This document shows, one piece after another, positions 20,336 to 30,197 of a DNA stretch of 64,000 nt. How positions within the stretch are numbered: position 1 is the stretch's first letter; every line of letters begins with the position of its first letter. Made by a program: the position numbers and the translations under genes. The DNA is from Ostreococcus lucimarinus (lineage: Eukaryota): NCBI GenBank assembly GCA_000092065.1, contig CP000588.1. One strand, 5' to 3'. The notes under the pieces are model-generated. The model searched no databases and had not been told where the DNA came from. It saw only the letters and a program-made list of their open reading frames with translations.

Positions 20336-21709
20336 ATGCGTCCCTTCACCACCGACGCCGACGCGCTGGTGTGCCTGAACAATCGAGAGTTCATCGTGGA
20401 CGCCCTGCGCGGCGACGACGAGGGCGGCCCGTTCCGCGGCGACGGACGCGAGCCCGACGACGCGCGCGCGGGCGCCGACTTTGAAATCAAACTCGGCCCG
20501 CTCGAGGGCGTCTGCGTCGTCCGTCTCGGGCGCACGATCGCGTGCGCGTCGACGAGCGCGATGTTAGAGCGGCCGCAGAGCGCCGGGGCGTCGTCCGAGG
20601 GCGTCCTGCGCGTGGATTGCGAGTTTTCGAGCGGGGCGTGCGAGGGGTTCGCGCGCGAGGGACGAGCGAATCGAGAGACGCGACAGAGAGCGAAGGATTT
20701 GGGCGCGCTGCTCGAGCGCGGGCTGAAGGATGCGCGAGCGGTGGACGTGGAGTCGCTGTGCGTGCTGGCGGGGAAGCGGGTGTGGGTGGTGACGTGCGCG
20801 GTGACGATTTTGGCGCACGACGGAAACTTGGCGGGCGCCGCGAGTCTGGCGGCGTGCGGATCGTTGATGACGTATCGTCGCCCCGAATGCGCGGTCGATC
20901 CGAACACTGGAACGGTGACCGTGCACAGCGCGGACGCGCGAGAGGCGATACCGCTGAATATGCATCACTTTCCCATCGCGTCGACGTATTGCTTCTTCGA
21001 CGAGGTTCCCGGGTTAGCCGTGGCGGATCCGACGTTGGAGGAGGAAGTCACCGCGGATGCCTCTATCGTGGTCGTCGTCAACACGCACGATGAAGTCTGC
21101 GCGTTGTCTAAGACTGGAAACGGCGTGCCGAGCGAGGACTTGAAGCGATGCGTGCGGAACGCTTCGCGAACGGCGCGCGAGTGGACCGAACTCCTCAAGG
21201 AAGCCGCCGCCGATTTCGAAGCCGATCGCTTGGCGAATAAAGTGCGCACGCATTACGACGGATACAGAGACGCCCCAGACGACGACTATTTGCTCGACGC
21301 ATTTTACAAGCCCGGACAAAACCTCGGCGTCGAAGGCGACGCCGAGCCCGCGAACGGCGAACCGCAGAGCGACAGCGCGGAGGACGAAGACAGCGACGCC
21401 ACGGACGCCGACGCCGTGGACGCCGACGCCGTGGACGACGCCGACGCACCATCGACTTCCAAGGCGTCGCGCGCGAAACCGACCAAACTCGCGCCAGAGA
21501 AGCCGCGCGACGATTCGGACGACGACGTGCGATTCGACGCCGACGACGACATCGACGCTCTCTTCGCCAAGGCTGAAAAGAAGAACAAGAACAAACTCGG
21601 CGCGTGGGACGAACTCCCTGGCGACGGCACCGACCTCGCGAGCGCCCTCAAACCTCGCAAAAAGCTCAAGAAGACTTCGAGCTCGAAAAAATCCACCAAG
21701 AAGCGATGA
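20336..21709 (+). CDS. RRP45: Exosome complex component RRP45 (EXOSC9, RNase PH-like) with Lys-rich C-terminal tail
   Basis: VDVESLCVLAGKRVWVVTCAVTILAHDGNLAGAASLAACGSLMTYRRPECAV aligns with human EXOSC9 IDTESLCVVAGEKVWQIRVDLHLLNHDGNIIDAASIAAIVALCHFRRPDVSV. Acidic/Lys-rich extension as in RRP45. Confidence 0.8.
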   Translation: MRPFTTDADALVCLNNREFIVDALRGDDEGGPFRGDGREPDDARAGADFEIKLGPLEGVCVVRLGRTIACASTSAMLERPQSAGASSEGVLRVDCEFSSGACEGFAREGRANRETRQRAKDLGALLERGLKDARAVDVESLCVLAGKRVWVVTCAVTILAHDGNLAGAASLAACGSLMTYRRPECAVDPNTGTVTVHSADAREAIPLNMHHFPIASTYCFFDEVPGLAVADPTLEEEVTADASIVVVVNTHDEVCALSKTGNGVPSEDLKRCVRNASRTAREWTELLKEAAADFEADRLANKVRTHYDGYRDAPDDDYLLDAFYKPGQNLGVEGDAEPANGEPQSDSAEDEDSDATDADAVDADAVDDADAPSTSKASRAKPTKLAPEKPRDDSDDDVRFDADDDIDALFAKAEKKNKNKLGAWDELPGDGTDLASALKPRKKLKKTSSSKKSTKKR

Positions 21710-21962
21710 TTTCGCGCTCGCCGCGAGACGCGTCTCCCCCCTCTCTCGACGTCTTCGTCGTCCTCGCCTCACCCTCCCCGGTCACCACCGCGATTTGTAT
21801 TATTTTTACAGCCCTCTCCCATCGCCCATCGTCACCGCGTCTTCGCCGCCCGCTCCAGACCGCCTCTCTCGCCGCCGCTCGCCCGCCTCGAGGGGGGCGG
21901 TTCCCGAGGTCTTAGGGCAACTTCATCGCTCGACGTCCACCTCACTCGCGCGCGCGCTTCCG

Positions 21963-22675
21963 ATGCTCGCCTCGCGACACGCCCTCGCGAACACCGCGTT
22001 CGCGCGCGCGCCCGCGCGTCCGCGCGCCGCCCGCGCGTCCGCGCGCGCCTCCGTGCGCGTCCGCGCCGCGTCCACCATCTACGACTTCACGCTCAAGACG
22101 CTCGGCGGTGGCGCGCGCGACGCGCCCACGGACGGCGAGGACCTCCCGCTGAGCCGATACAAGGGCAAAGTCGTCCTCATCAACAACGTCGCGACGTTCT
22201 GAGGCACGACCGTCAGGGACTTTGTTCAGTTGAACGCCCTGAAGGAAAAGTACGGGGACGACTTGGTCGTCCTCGGCGTGCCGTGCAACCAATTCGGACA
22301 CCAGTGCTACGATAAAGACTTTGAATTGCTGAACACGCTGAAGTACGTGCGACCGGGAGATGGATACGAACCGAAATTCACGATCACGGGGAAGATGACG
22401 ATCAACGGGGACGAAGAGGACCCGTTTTGGACGTTTTTGAAGAATTCGATTCGCGAACCGGCGGACGACAAGGGCGGACTGGGATCGGATCACATTTATA
22501 AGACGCAACCGAACTCCATGCCGATTCAGTGGTCGCCGGTGCGACGGGCGGATGTGACGTGGAACTTTGAAAAGTTCCTCATCGGCAAGGATGGAGTTCC
22601 GGCGAAGCGGTACTCGCCAAAGTTTGAAAACGCAAACTTGACGGCGGATATCGACGCGCTCATGAAGGCGTGAGC
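21963..22675 (+). CDS. GPX: Glutathione peroxidase selenoprotein (in-frame TGA = Sec at 22200-22202), organelle-targeted
   Basis: ORFs 21795..22202 and 22230..22673 are in the same frame, separated only by TGA. Context [42 protein letters not shown] equals human GPX1 NVASL-U-GTTVRDYTQMNELQ...[13 protein letters not shown]. Downstream WNFEKFL motif is present. N-terminal presequence MLASRHALANTAFARAP... Confidence 0.85.
22200..22202 (+). other. UGA selenocysteine codon of GPx (catalytic U)
   Basis: TGA exactly at the NVAS-x-(C/U)-G-x-T active-site position. Confidence 0.8.
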
Positions 22676-22749
22676 GCGGAATCGAGTCGCGCTTCGGTTG
22701 AACTAGAACGAGCTCGGAGTGGAAAGAACCGCGCGCGCCGCGACGTGAC

Positions 22750-22802
22750 GAAGGATGAAGAAAGACCAAACGCTCGACGTAGGTTTTCATTCTTTTGATT
22801 TC
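22750..22802 (+). promoter_or_regulatory. Candidate SECIS element in the GPx 3' UTR (ATGA ... N9 ... AAA ... apical mini-stem ... TGAT)
   Basis: ATGA at 22755-22758, unpaired AAA 9 nt later (22768-22770), apical acg/ctcga/cgt mini-hairpin, and TGAT at 22796-22799 on the 3' side about 80 nt after the stop codon. Helix II pairing is imperfect by eye. Confidence 0.45.
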
Positions 22803-22938
22803 ACGCGACGCCGCGCGAGTTCATCTCCGAGCGCGATGTTTTGACTTTTAATTTTAATATCAAAGTTGTTTTGACGATCGCTTCGGAGCGCGATGCCTCT
22901 AAGCGCGCACCTCGCGGCCTACCGGTTCATCTAATTCT

Positions 22939-23739
22939 CTAAATCTCTTCCTCTCGCGTGAAATCGAGCGTCACACGTCCCTCGTCGTCGCTTTCGTCGT
23001 CGACGATGCTCCCGGTTCGCTCCATGCGCTCGACGAGCGTTCGCGTCAACGCGTCGTCCTCGAACGGCACATCGCGAAACAACGACGCGCTCGAACTTCT
23101 GTACAGCACGCTCACGAAAATTGCCGAGTGTCCGCGCGCGGGATCGCCCTCGCTCACGACGCGAAACCGCCAATCCAACCCCAGCCTCGTCGTCTCGCGT
23201 TTTAGAAATACAAATCTCGCCACGGCTGAGAACGACACGCTCAAGATTATCCCGTCCTCTCTCGTCATACGCAACATCTCATCCATGAGCGCGCGCTTAT
23301 CTTCGTCTCCGTTGAGCGCGTCCAACGTACCCTTATCGATCACGCACGTCGCGCTTCCGTCCGCGACGTCGGCTCGACAGTCCCGGCAATCCGCCGCGCG
23401 ACACCGCACCCGCGCGTCCTCCGCGTACCGCGCCCGCAGCACCTCGATCACCCGTTCGCTCACGTCCAACAGCACGACGTCACCCCTAAACCCGTACTCA
23501 TCCGCCGCGTCGACGCCGATGCTCGACGATCCGCACCCGACGTCGACGAGCGCCGCCGCGCCCGCCGCGCTCGCGCTCGCCGCCGCCCGCAGAAACCCAT
23601 CCGCGACCTCGAAGCACGCCTCCGACGCCGCGTGCCACTCGCGCGCGAGCTGCGACGCCGAATCGTACACCCCGTCCCAGTGCGCGGCGTACGCGCGCGC
23701 CGACGTCCCCTCGGCGCCGGCGTCGTCGCGTCGCGACAT
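22939..23739 (-). CDS. Class I SAM-dependent methyltransferase, EEF1A lysine methyltransferase 4 (ECE2-MT)-like
   Basis: Motif I LVDVGCGSSS, VLLDVS, VIDKGTLDAL. Collinear with EEF1AKMT4. ATG at 23737-23739. Confidence 0.65.
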   Translation of the reverse strand: MSRRDDAGAEGTSARAYAAHWDGVYDSASQLAREWHAASEACFEVADGFLRAAASASAAGAAALVDVGCGSSSIGVDAADEYGFRGDVVLLDVSERVIEVLRARYAEDARVRCRAADCRDCRADVADGSATCVIDKGTLDALNGDEDKRALMDEMLRMTREDGIILSVSFSAVARFVFLKRETTRLGLDWRFRVVSEGDPARGHSAIFVSVLYRSSSASLFRDVPFEDDALTRTLVERMERTGSIVDDESDDEGRVTLDFTREEEI

Positions 23740-23989
23740 TCCCGACAGCTTCCGAAACCACCCTTCGCGCGACGTTCGCGTCGCCGCCCGCGCGCCCGCG
23801 TCGTCGCGCGCGCGCCCGCGACCTCACGCACACCGTCGCGCGCTCGCGCGCGCGCGCGCGCGTCCCGAATCGCCCCGCGCGCGCGCCGATCCCGTCGCGA
23901 AGCCGCGTCCCGGTGTCCCGACATCGTCGCGAGACGTCGTCGTTCCGGCGTCACTCCGTCGCGCGTCGCGATCGCGTCGCGATTCCGCG

Positions 23990-25312
23990 ATGCCGCGAAG
24001 CGCGCGAAAAGAATCCTTCTACGCCGTCGCGCGCGGGCGCGCGCGCGGCGTGTACACGACGTGGGACGACGCGAAGAAGCAGGTGCAAAACTTTGGGGGC
24101 GCGATGCACAAGGTGCGACGACATCGGACGACGACGGCGCGCGCGACGCGCGACGCGCCCTCGCGACGGCGCGAACGCGCGAAGACTAATTTTTCGCACT
24201 CGAATTCGCGCGCGCAGAAATTCGCGACGCTGGACGAGGCGCGGGCGTACCTGGAGGCGCATCGGGGGGACGACGCGACCGACGGCGGCGTAACGGCTCG
24301 AACGGTCGAGGCGACGCGCGACGACGACGGAATTCGCGACGGCGACGCGACGGAGAGCGCGAGATCGGCGAACGAAGACGCGCGAGTGATGGAGAAAAAA
24401 GTGAGCGCGCGTAAGCGCGGGACTTCGGGGGGACGAGGGATGTCGACGCGCGCGGGGGAGGACGCGGAGGACGGGATCGAGGCGCGCGTGCGAGCGCTCG
24501 CGAGCGCGGCGAACGCGCCGAAGGAGGATCGGAGCGAGGATGAGTACGTGTTGGAGTTCGACGGGGCGAGTCGTGGGAATCCGGGGGAGGCGGGGGCGGG
24601 GGCACTGCTGCGAAGGAAGCGGGACGATCGAATCGTGGAGGAGTTGTTGGAGTATTTGGGGAACGAGCGGACGGTGAACGAAGCCGAGTACGCGGCGCTG
24701 TGCTTGGGGTTGCGCAAGGCGGTGGAGCTCGGGATCACGAAGATTGAGGTGCGAGGGGACAGTAAACTCATCGTGAATCAAGTTGAAGGATCGTTCAAGC
24801 TGAAGTCGGCGAATTTGAAGTCCATGCACGCCGAAGCGTGCGAGTTGAAGGAAAAGTTTACCGAGTTTAAGATCTCTCACGTCAAGCGCGAGTTTAACAA
24901 ACACGCCGATCATTTGGCCAACATGGCGGTGGACTTCGGGCTTAGCCCGAGTCGAATGTCCGGCGATGCGTCCACGTCTGCGACGAAGCGGTTCGAGAGC
25001 GGTGGTGGGGGTTTGGGCGGAGGCGGGGACGACGCCGACGCGAAGCGGCGCAAGCTCGGCGGCGAACAGCGTTACGCGCGCCTCTTCCGCTCCTTCGCCG
25101 GCGGTGCGGCGGCGGCGCCCACGCGTCTGGGACGTGGGTATCACGCATACGCGCGCGCATCGGTGTCACACGATGGTGAGGCTTCGAACATGGCGTCCGG
25201 AGCTCCCTTGGTTGTCGGCGGTGGAGCGTCGCGCGTCGCGCTCGCCTCGGCTCGACGATCGTGGATTCCTCTCACGCGCGCCGCCATGGGTTTCGCGCGG
25301 CTTCGTTTATGA
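23990..25312 (+). CDS. RNH1: Ribonuclease H1 (N-terminal hybrid-binding domain plus RNase H domain)
   Basis: HBD KESFYAVARGRARGVYTTWDDAKKQVQNFGGAMHK...KFATLDEARAYL. RNase H domain EFDGASRGNPGEAGAGALL...EAEYAALCLGLRKAVELGITKIEVRGDSKLIVNQVEG...HADHLAN. The C-terminal tail is low complexity and its end is uncertain. Confidence 0.75.
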   Translation: MPRSARKESFYAVARGRARGVYTTWDDAKKQVQNFGGAMHKVRRHRTTTARATRDAPSRRRERAKTNFSHSNSRAQKFATLDEARAYLEAHRGDDATDGGVTARTVEATRDDDGIRDGDATESARSANEDARVMEKKVSARKRGTSGGRGMSTRAGEDAEDGIEARVRALASAANAPKEDRSEDEYVLEFDGASRGNPGEAGAGALLRRKRDDRIVEELLEYLGNERTVNEAEYAALCLGLRKAVELGITKIEVRGDSKLIVNQVEGSFKLKSANLKSMHAEACELKEKFTEFKISHVKREFNKHADHLANMAVDFGLSPSRMSGDASTSATKRFESGGGGLGGGGDDADAKRRKLGGEQRYARLFRSFAGGAAAAPTRLGRGYHAYARASVSHDGEASNMASGAPLVVGGGASRVALASARRSWIPLTRAAMGFARLRL

Positions 25313-25382
25313 CGCGATCTAAATATTTTGTTGAATACGTTACAGTACACTCGTTGGCTACCTATATCCAGTCGCACCCCGA

Positions 25383-28361
25383 TCACACCGCCGAGTCGTC
25401 GTCATCGTCGGCGGAAACTTCCGAAACGGGGACGCGGCGAGTCGGCTTGACGATTTCTTCGTACGCCTCGCCGGTTTGCGGTTGCGTCACCTTGATCGGA
25501 CGCGGAAATCGCTGCACGACATCCCGTCGAACCGGCGACTCGTCTTCATCCGAGCTCGGCGAGCTCGGCGAGCTCGGCGGGATTTCGGATGAAACCGAGA
25601 CGCTTCGCACGTGCGGTTGACGCGTCTTTGAGGCGAGCAGCGGCGCGCGTTCCGCGACGCCCGGCGACATTCTTCGAACTTGTCTCGGCGGTAACTGCCC
25701 AAAGAACATATCGCCGCCCGTCACCGCGGTCGGCCACTTGCTCGCAACGGTCATCAAGGCCAAAGCGAGGATGACGACGGCTAAGGCAACGCTCAATTCG
25801 GCGGACGATTGTTGAAACCATCGTTGCATGGCGTTGCCGTGCAAGTGCGCGTGCTGGTGCTCGTGGAACCTGTGCGCGGCGCGCCTCAAATGTTGCGGTC
25901 GGGCGAGTGCGGACGCGTCGTCTTCCGTTTGAAGAACTGGTTTGATTACCACGTGCGAGTGCGCACACGGTTCTGCAACGAATGAGCACGATGCGAACCT
26001 CGTCGGCGTGCAATCAAACACCGCCGCCAAAAAGGCCGTTTTCGCCGCGTCTTCCTTTGAGCGCGGACATTTTCGAACTTGTCTACACTCAAGATCGTCA
26101 CTCGCAAAACCTCGCTTGCCGATCACTTCACCACACTGCTGCACAATGCCCGTGTGCGGGCATCCAAGTCCAGCGCGCGAGTGCATCGCGGAACACGCGT
26201 CAGCGGCTTGCTCGGACGATCCGAGCGCGCTGGCGTCGACGTCAAAGCACGTCGCTTGCGACGTCTTCGTGTTCGGGCACCCGCACACGCAAGATCCACG
26301 CATTGAATGCGGGACAACGTGCGTATCACCGAGTTTTGGCAAGGAAAACGTGCCGTCATCGGCGTCTTCTTTGGTGTCGCCACGCCTATTGTCCTCGAAA
26401 TCAATTTTCTCCGAGGCGCGAAGACCGATGCTGCGCATCTTTTCAGAGACGCCGCTCATGACGGAGGAAAGATCGTCGATGGCGTTCGGTTTCGCACGGT
26501 GTGCGGCGACCGAGCCGAGATCACTTCCCTTGTTCTTTGACGCGCCGAAACCGACGTCTTCATCGCCCTTCAACGGAGGAAGCGTCGCCTTACGCCAAGA
26601 GTCCAACTGCTGTAACGCCTGCTTACCCGTCTCTTCAATCTTGTTGACAGCTTCGAGGTACTCTGCCGCGGCGACGTCTTCTGCTTGCGCACGCTGAGCT
26701 ACATTTGTAATTGACTGCGCCGCACGCATAGCCTTTTGGTATTTTTCGCGCGTTTGCTTCAACGCTTTGCGATAATCCTTCTGCACTCCGGCTTCAAACT
26801 TTTTGTACTCGCGTTCTTGCATTTGACGCGCGTATTCAATCTGACGCTTCTCGTACTCCTCCGCGGCTAAGTCGCCAGGACTTGGCATTGGTAACCGAAA
26901 CGTCGTCGGTTTCATCTCGCCAGCGTCGCCGGGAGCCTCGTACGTCGCGTGATCGTCGTGAATTAATCCATCCTTCTTCGCCTCGCCCCCCATGACTTCC
27001 GTGATGGCTTCGCGCACGGCGTCGAGAATACTGCTCGACGCGCCCTCGCTCGAGCCTTCGCTCGCCACGCGATCGTCGCTATCTGTGCTATGCTTTTTTG
27101 AATGTTTCGATGCCTTCTTTTCCTCCCATCTGTGCCAGTCATGCTCGAGCGCGGCGGTGCGTTTTGACTTTTTCGTCGGCGAGTCCAACTCCACCGGCTT
27201 CAGCGCGCCGCCCATGGCAGACCAGATCGTGCGCATCAAATACGCATCGTCTCTTCGACCGCTACCCACCTTGGCGACGACATCCGAGGGTGCCACTGGA
27301 CACGCAGGTGATCCGGGCGCTGTGCGTCCCAGAGTGACCACCACCGTCTTCGTCTCCGGCAACATGAAAATCATCGATCCTTCATCGCCCAAGCTCACAG
27401 CCACGGGCGCGTGCGGAGCGTTTCTCCCGAGTATCGGCCCACTGATGGCTTCTGCACTCATTCCGCACGACGTTTTCGTCGTTCGCGGTGCGCAGCATTG
27501 CGTCCCGGTTGCGCTCACCGGGACGTGAAGCCACGTCATCAAGCCGTGCGCTTGGTTGAGCGACGGATAACTCACCGACAACGCCGATACCGCAAAGGTG
27601 GGATCAAACATCTGTCGCGTGCTCCCATCGACGCTCGTCCACCTTCCTTGGTTCACGAATAACTGTCCGAGCTTGGCGGCGTCGCGACAAGACATTCGCA
27701 AATCTCTCCAAAGTGACGCGCCGTCGTTCCCGTCCGCCCTAGACGAGCTCGCAAACATCTCCGGCGCGCCGAGTTTTTCCCCGACATTCACGCGCGCCCA
27801 TTCCGAGAGCTTCATCCCACTTCTCAACTCAATTATGTCACCGACTATATCCAAGAACCCATCATTTCTCGGGTCGTCGCGTTCGAACGTCGTCCCCGGT
27901 TCGCGCGAACCGCCGCCGTGCGTCTGCGCCAACAGCTGTCGCACGCTCACCTTATCCGCGTACGCCCCGAACGCCTCCTCAACCGAGCGCAAGTCGTACT
28001 TCGACAACGGCGCGTCTAACTCAAACAATCCTTGCTGCACCGCGACGCCGACCGCCGCGACCAGCGCGAGCGCGCCGACGCCATCCGTCGTCGTTTGGGT
28101 GTTGGCGTCGTTCGCGCCGTAGTAGGACTCGTGCACGATCGCCCCATCCTTCGCCACGAGGAAGCAATCTCGCGAGACGATCGTTTCAACGTTGCTCGAA
28201 GCTTCCTCGAGCGCGTTCGTGCTCAGGCCGTGCAGTTCAGCGCGTTCGACGATCCACGGGCGCGCGCCGGGGGCACCGGACGCGCGCGGTGTCGACGCGC
28301 TCGCGTGCGCGCTGGCGCAGCACAGCGCCGCGGCGAGCGCGCAGGCGAGCGCACGACGCAT
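25383..28361 (-). CDS. Membrane-anchored beta-lactamase-fold (PF00144-like) protein, probably catalytically inactive; signal peptide, Cys-rich module, single TM, acidic Ser/Pro tail
   Basis: Signal peptide MRRALACALAAALCCASAHASA. Beta-lactamase/esterase fold pattern (VSVRQLLAQTHGGGS, EPGTTF, MKLSEWARVNVGEKLG, GDEGSMIFMLPETKTVVVTLGR). The SxxK position reads GALA. TM LSVALAVVILALALMTVA near the C-terminus. Confidence 0.6.
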   Translation of the reverse strand: MRRALACALAAALCCASAHASASTPRASGAPGARPWIVERAELHGLSTNALEEASSNVETIVSRDCFLVAKDGAIVHESYYGANDANTQTTTDGVGALALVAAVGVAVQQGLFELDAPLSKYDLRSVEEAFGAYADKVSVRQLLAQTHGGGSREPGTTFERDDPRNDGFLDIVGDIIELRSGMKLSEWARVNVGEKLGAPEMFASSSRADGNDGASLWRDLRMSCRDAAKLGQLFVNQGRWTSVDGSTRQMFDPTFAVSALSVSYPSLNQAHGLMTWLHVPVSATGTQCCAPRTTKTSCGMSAEAISGPILGRNAPHAPVAVSLGDEGSMIFMLPETKTVVVTLGRTAPGSPACPVAPSDVVAKVGSGRRDDAYLMRTIWSAMGGALKPVELDSPTKKSKRTAALEHDWHRWEEKKASKHSKKHSTDSDDRVASEGSSEGASSSILDAVREAITEVMGGEAKKDGLIHDDHATYEAPGDAGEMKPTTFRLPMPSPGDLAAEEYEKRQIEYARQMQEREYKKFEAGVQKDYRKALKQTREKYQKAMRAAQSITNVAQRAQAEDVAAAEYLEAVNKIEETGKQALQQLDSWRKATLPPLKGDEDVGFGASKNKGSDLGSVAAHRAKPNAIDDLSSVMSGVSEKMRSIGLRASEKIDFEDNRRGDTKEDADDGTFSLPKLGDTHVVPHSMRGSCVCGCPNTKTSQATCFDVDASALGSSEQAADACSAMHSRAGLGCPHTGIVQQCGEVIGKRGFASDDLECRQVRKCPRSKEDAAKTAFLAAVFDCTPTRFASCSFVAEPCAHSHVVIKPVLQTEDDASALARPQHLRRAAHRFHEHQHAHLHGNAMQRWFQQSSAELSVALAVVILALALMTVASKWPTAVTGGDMFFGQLPPRQVRRMSPGVAERAPLLASKTRQPHVRSVSVSSEIPPSSPSSPSSDEDESPVRRDVVQRFPRPIKVTQPQTGEAYEEIVKPTRRVPVSEVSADDDDDSAV

Positions 28362-28496
28362 CGTACGCGTGTGCGGTGTCGACGCGCGGCGTCGCATCGC
28401 GCGCGCGCCGAGTTGTGCCGCGATGGATCAGGCGGAAGTGCAAGTATAATACAATGTGTGCGCTCGCGCGAGCGGCTAGAATGCGGCGCGACGGCG

Positions 28497-29924
28497 TTAG
28501 AGGTTGGAGAGGCGAGGTCGCGCGAGTTCGGCTTCGCTTGGATCCCACGATATAATTTTCCCGGGATTCATGATGTTGAGCGGATCGAGCGCGCGCTTGA
28601 TTCGGCGCTGGATATCCACGTGCGCCACACCGTGCTCCATGATGATGTACTTTTGTTTTCCGATGCCGACGCCGTGTTCGCCGGAGGCGGAGCCGCCCAT
28701 AGCGATGGCGTTCCCGATGACTTTGTCTTCGAGCGCCAACAAGGCGGCGCGTTCGTGCTCTTGAAAGGGTATGAGACAGTGGAAGTTGCCGTCGGCGATG
28801 TGCGCGCAAATGACGCACGGAAACCGCGCTTTTTTGAACTCGAGCTCCGTGGCCGCGATGCACGCCGAAAGTTTGGACGCCGGAACGCACACGTCTCCAA
28901 CGTACACGCTCTCCTTCGCGTTCGTCCCCGCTTCTAATCCGCGATAGCGCATCGCGCCTAGATAACATCCACGTCTCGCGTCCCACAGCTCGTCCAACTC
29001 CTCGCCGTTTGACGCGAAATCGTGAGACGCGCTCCCGTTCGACTTCGCGATGCGAAGAAAACTTTCCCAATCCTCCTCCATCTCGCCCTGCCGATTCCCC
29101 ACAAACTCTAAAAACAGCGTCGGCACGCACGGTAAAGACGTTTGAAACACCACATTCGTCACTTTAATCCCTTCGTCGTTCATCAACTCGCATCGAAGCA
29201 ACGTCGACAGATTCGCCGCCGTCGCCTCAGCCACCGTCTTCCCCGCCGCCCCGACGGTCGGAAATCGCACGATGGCGCCGCATCGCCGCTTCGGCAGCGG
29301 AACAATCTTCACCACCAGCTCCACGATCACCCCCAGCGTGCCCTCCGCGCCTAAATAGAGCGCGTTCAGCTCGTAACCGGTGCTCGATTTCCGAACCTCG
29401 GCGCGCGTCCGAATGATTTCCCCATCCGGCGTCACCACCGTCATGCTTCGCACGTTCTCCTTCGTCGTTCCGTACTTCAGCGTGCTCAGCCCGCTCCCTC
29501 CCGTGCTCGCCATCCCTCCCAGCGTCGGATTCGAGCTCGGATCCGGCCCGAACGCGAATCCGCGCTTCGCCAGCGCCGCGTTCAGCTCGCTCTTCAGCGC
29601 CCCCGCGCCGACTCTCGCGCACATGTTCGCCTCGTCGATCTCGATCGCGCGCAACATTCGCGTGTCCAACACGCACCCTCCGCCGTACGCGACGGCGCCG
29701 CCCTCGAGCCCCGTGCCCGCGCCGCGCGCGACGATGGGTCGTCGGTGCCTCGCGCACGTCCGGACGATCGCCGCCACCTCCTCGACCGTTCGCGGCGCGC
29801 ACACCGCGTCCGGCCGCGCGCCGGCGTGCGCGCCCATGTCTCGCGCGCGCGCGTCGAGCGCCGCGGCGTCCGCGCGCGTGTCCGCGCACGCGCGTCGCAA
29901 ATCATCGAGCCACGACCGGGACAT
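28497..29924 (-). CDS. DLD: D-lactate dehydrogenase (cytochrome) / FAD-linked oxidase GlcD family, mitochondrial-type
   Basis: FAD-binding PCMH domain (PIVARGAGTGLEGGAV), C-terminal FAD-oxidase_C (GGSASGEHGVGIGKQKYI, LDPLNIMNPGKI). ATG at 29922-29924. Confidence 0.8.
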   Translation of the reverse strand: MSRSWLDDLRRACADTRADAAALDARARDMGAHAGARPDAVCAPRTVEEVAAIVRTCARHRRPIVARGAGTGLEGGAVAYGGGCVLDTRMLRAIEIDEANMCARVGAGALKSELNAALAKRGFAFGPDPSSNPTLGGMASTGGSGLSTLKYGTTKENVRSMTVVTPDGEIIRTRAEVRKSSTGYELNALYLGAEGTLGVIVELVVKIVPLPKRRCGAIVRFPTVGAAGKTVAEATAANLSTLLRCELMNDEGIKVTNVVFQTSLPCVPTLFLEFVGNRQGEMEEDWESFLRIAKSNGSASHDFASNGEELDELWDARRGCYLGAMRYRGLEAGTNAKESVYVGDVCVPASKLSACIAATELEFKKARFPCVICAHIADGNFHCLIPFQEHERAALLALEDKVIGNAIAMGGSASGEHGVGIGKQKYIIMEHGVAHVDIQRRIKRALDPLNIMNPGKIISWDPSEAELARPRLSNL

Positions 29925-30197
29925 CGGACGGCGTCGTCGACGCGATGTGACGCCCGCAGACGCGCGCGCGCGCCGAGCGGCGATCGAATGCGCGCGCGGG
30001 CGACGCGGACGCGCGCGTGGACGCCGCGCGCGCGACCGCGAGGCGATCGACGCGGTCGACGCGCGCCGGGGCGCGGTCCGACGGTCGACGCGCCGAACGG
30101 GGTGCCTCTAACCGTCGCGACGTCGACGCGCGACGACGCGCGGCGCGACGACGACGCGGCGACGAGGGCGAGCGACGCGCCGAGCGACGCGGAGACG

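Noticed and set aside
21795-22202. Treating 21795..22202 and 22230..22673 as two separate genes
   Set aside because: Same frame, separated by a single TGA exactly at the GPx catalytic Sec position. This is one selenoprotein gene.
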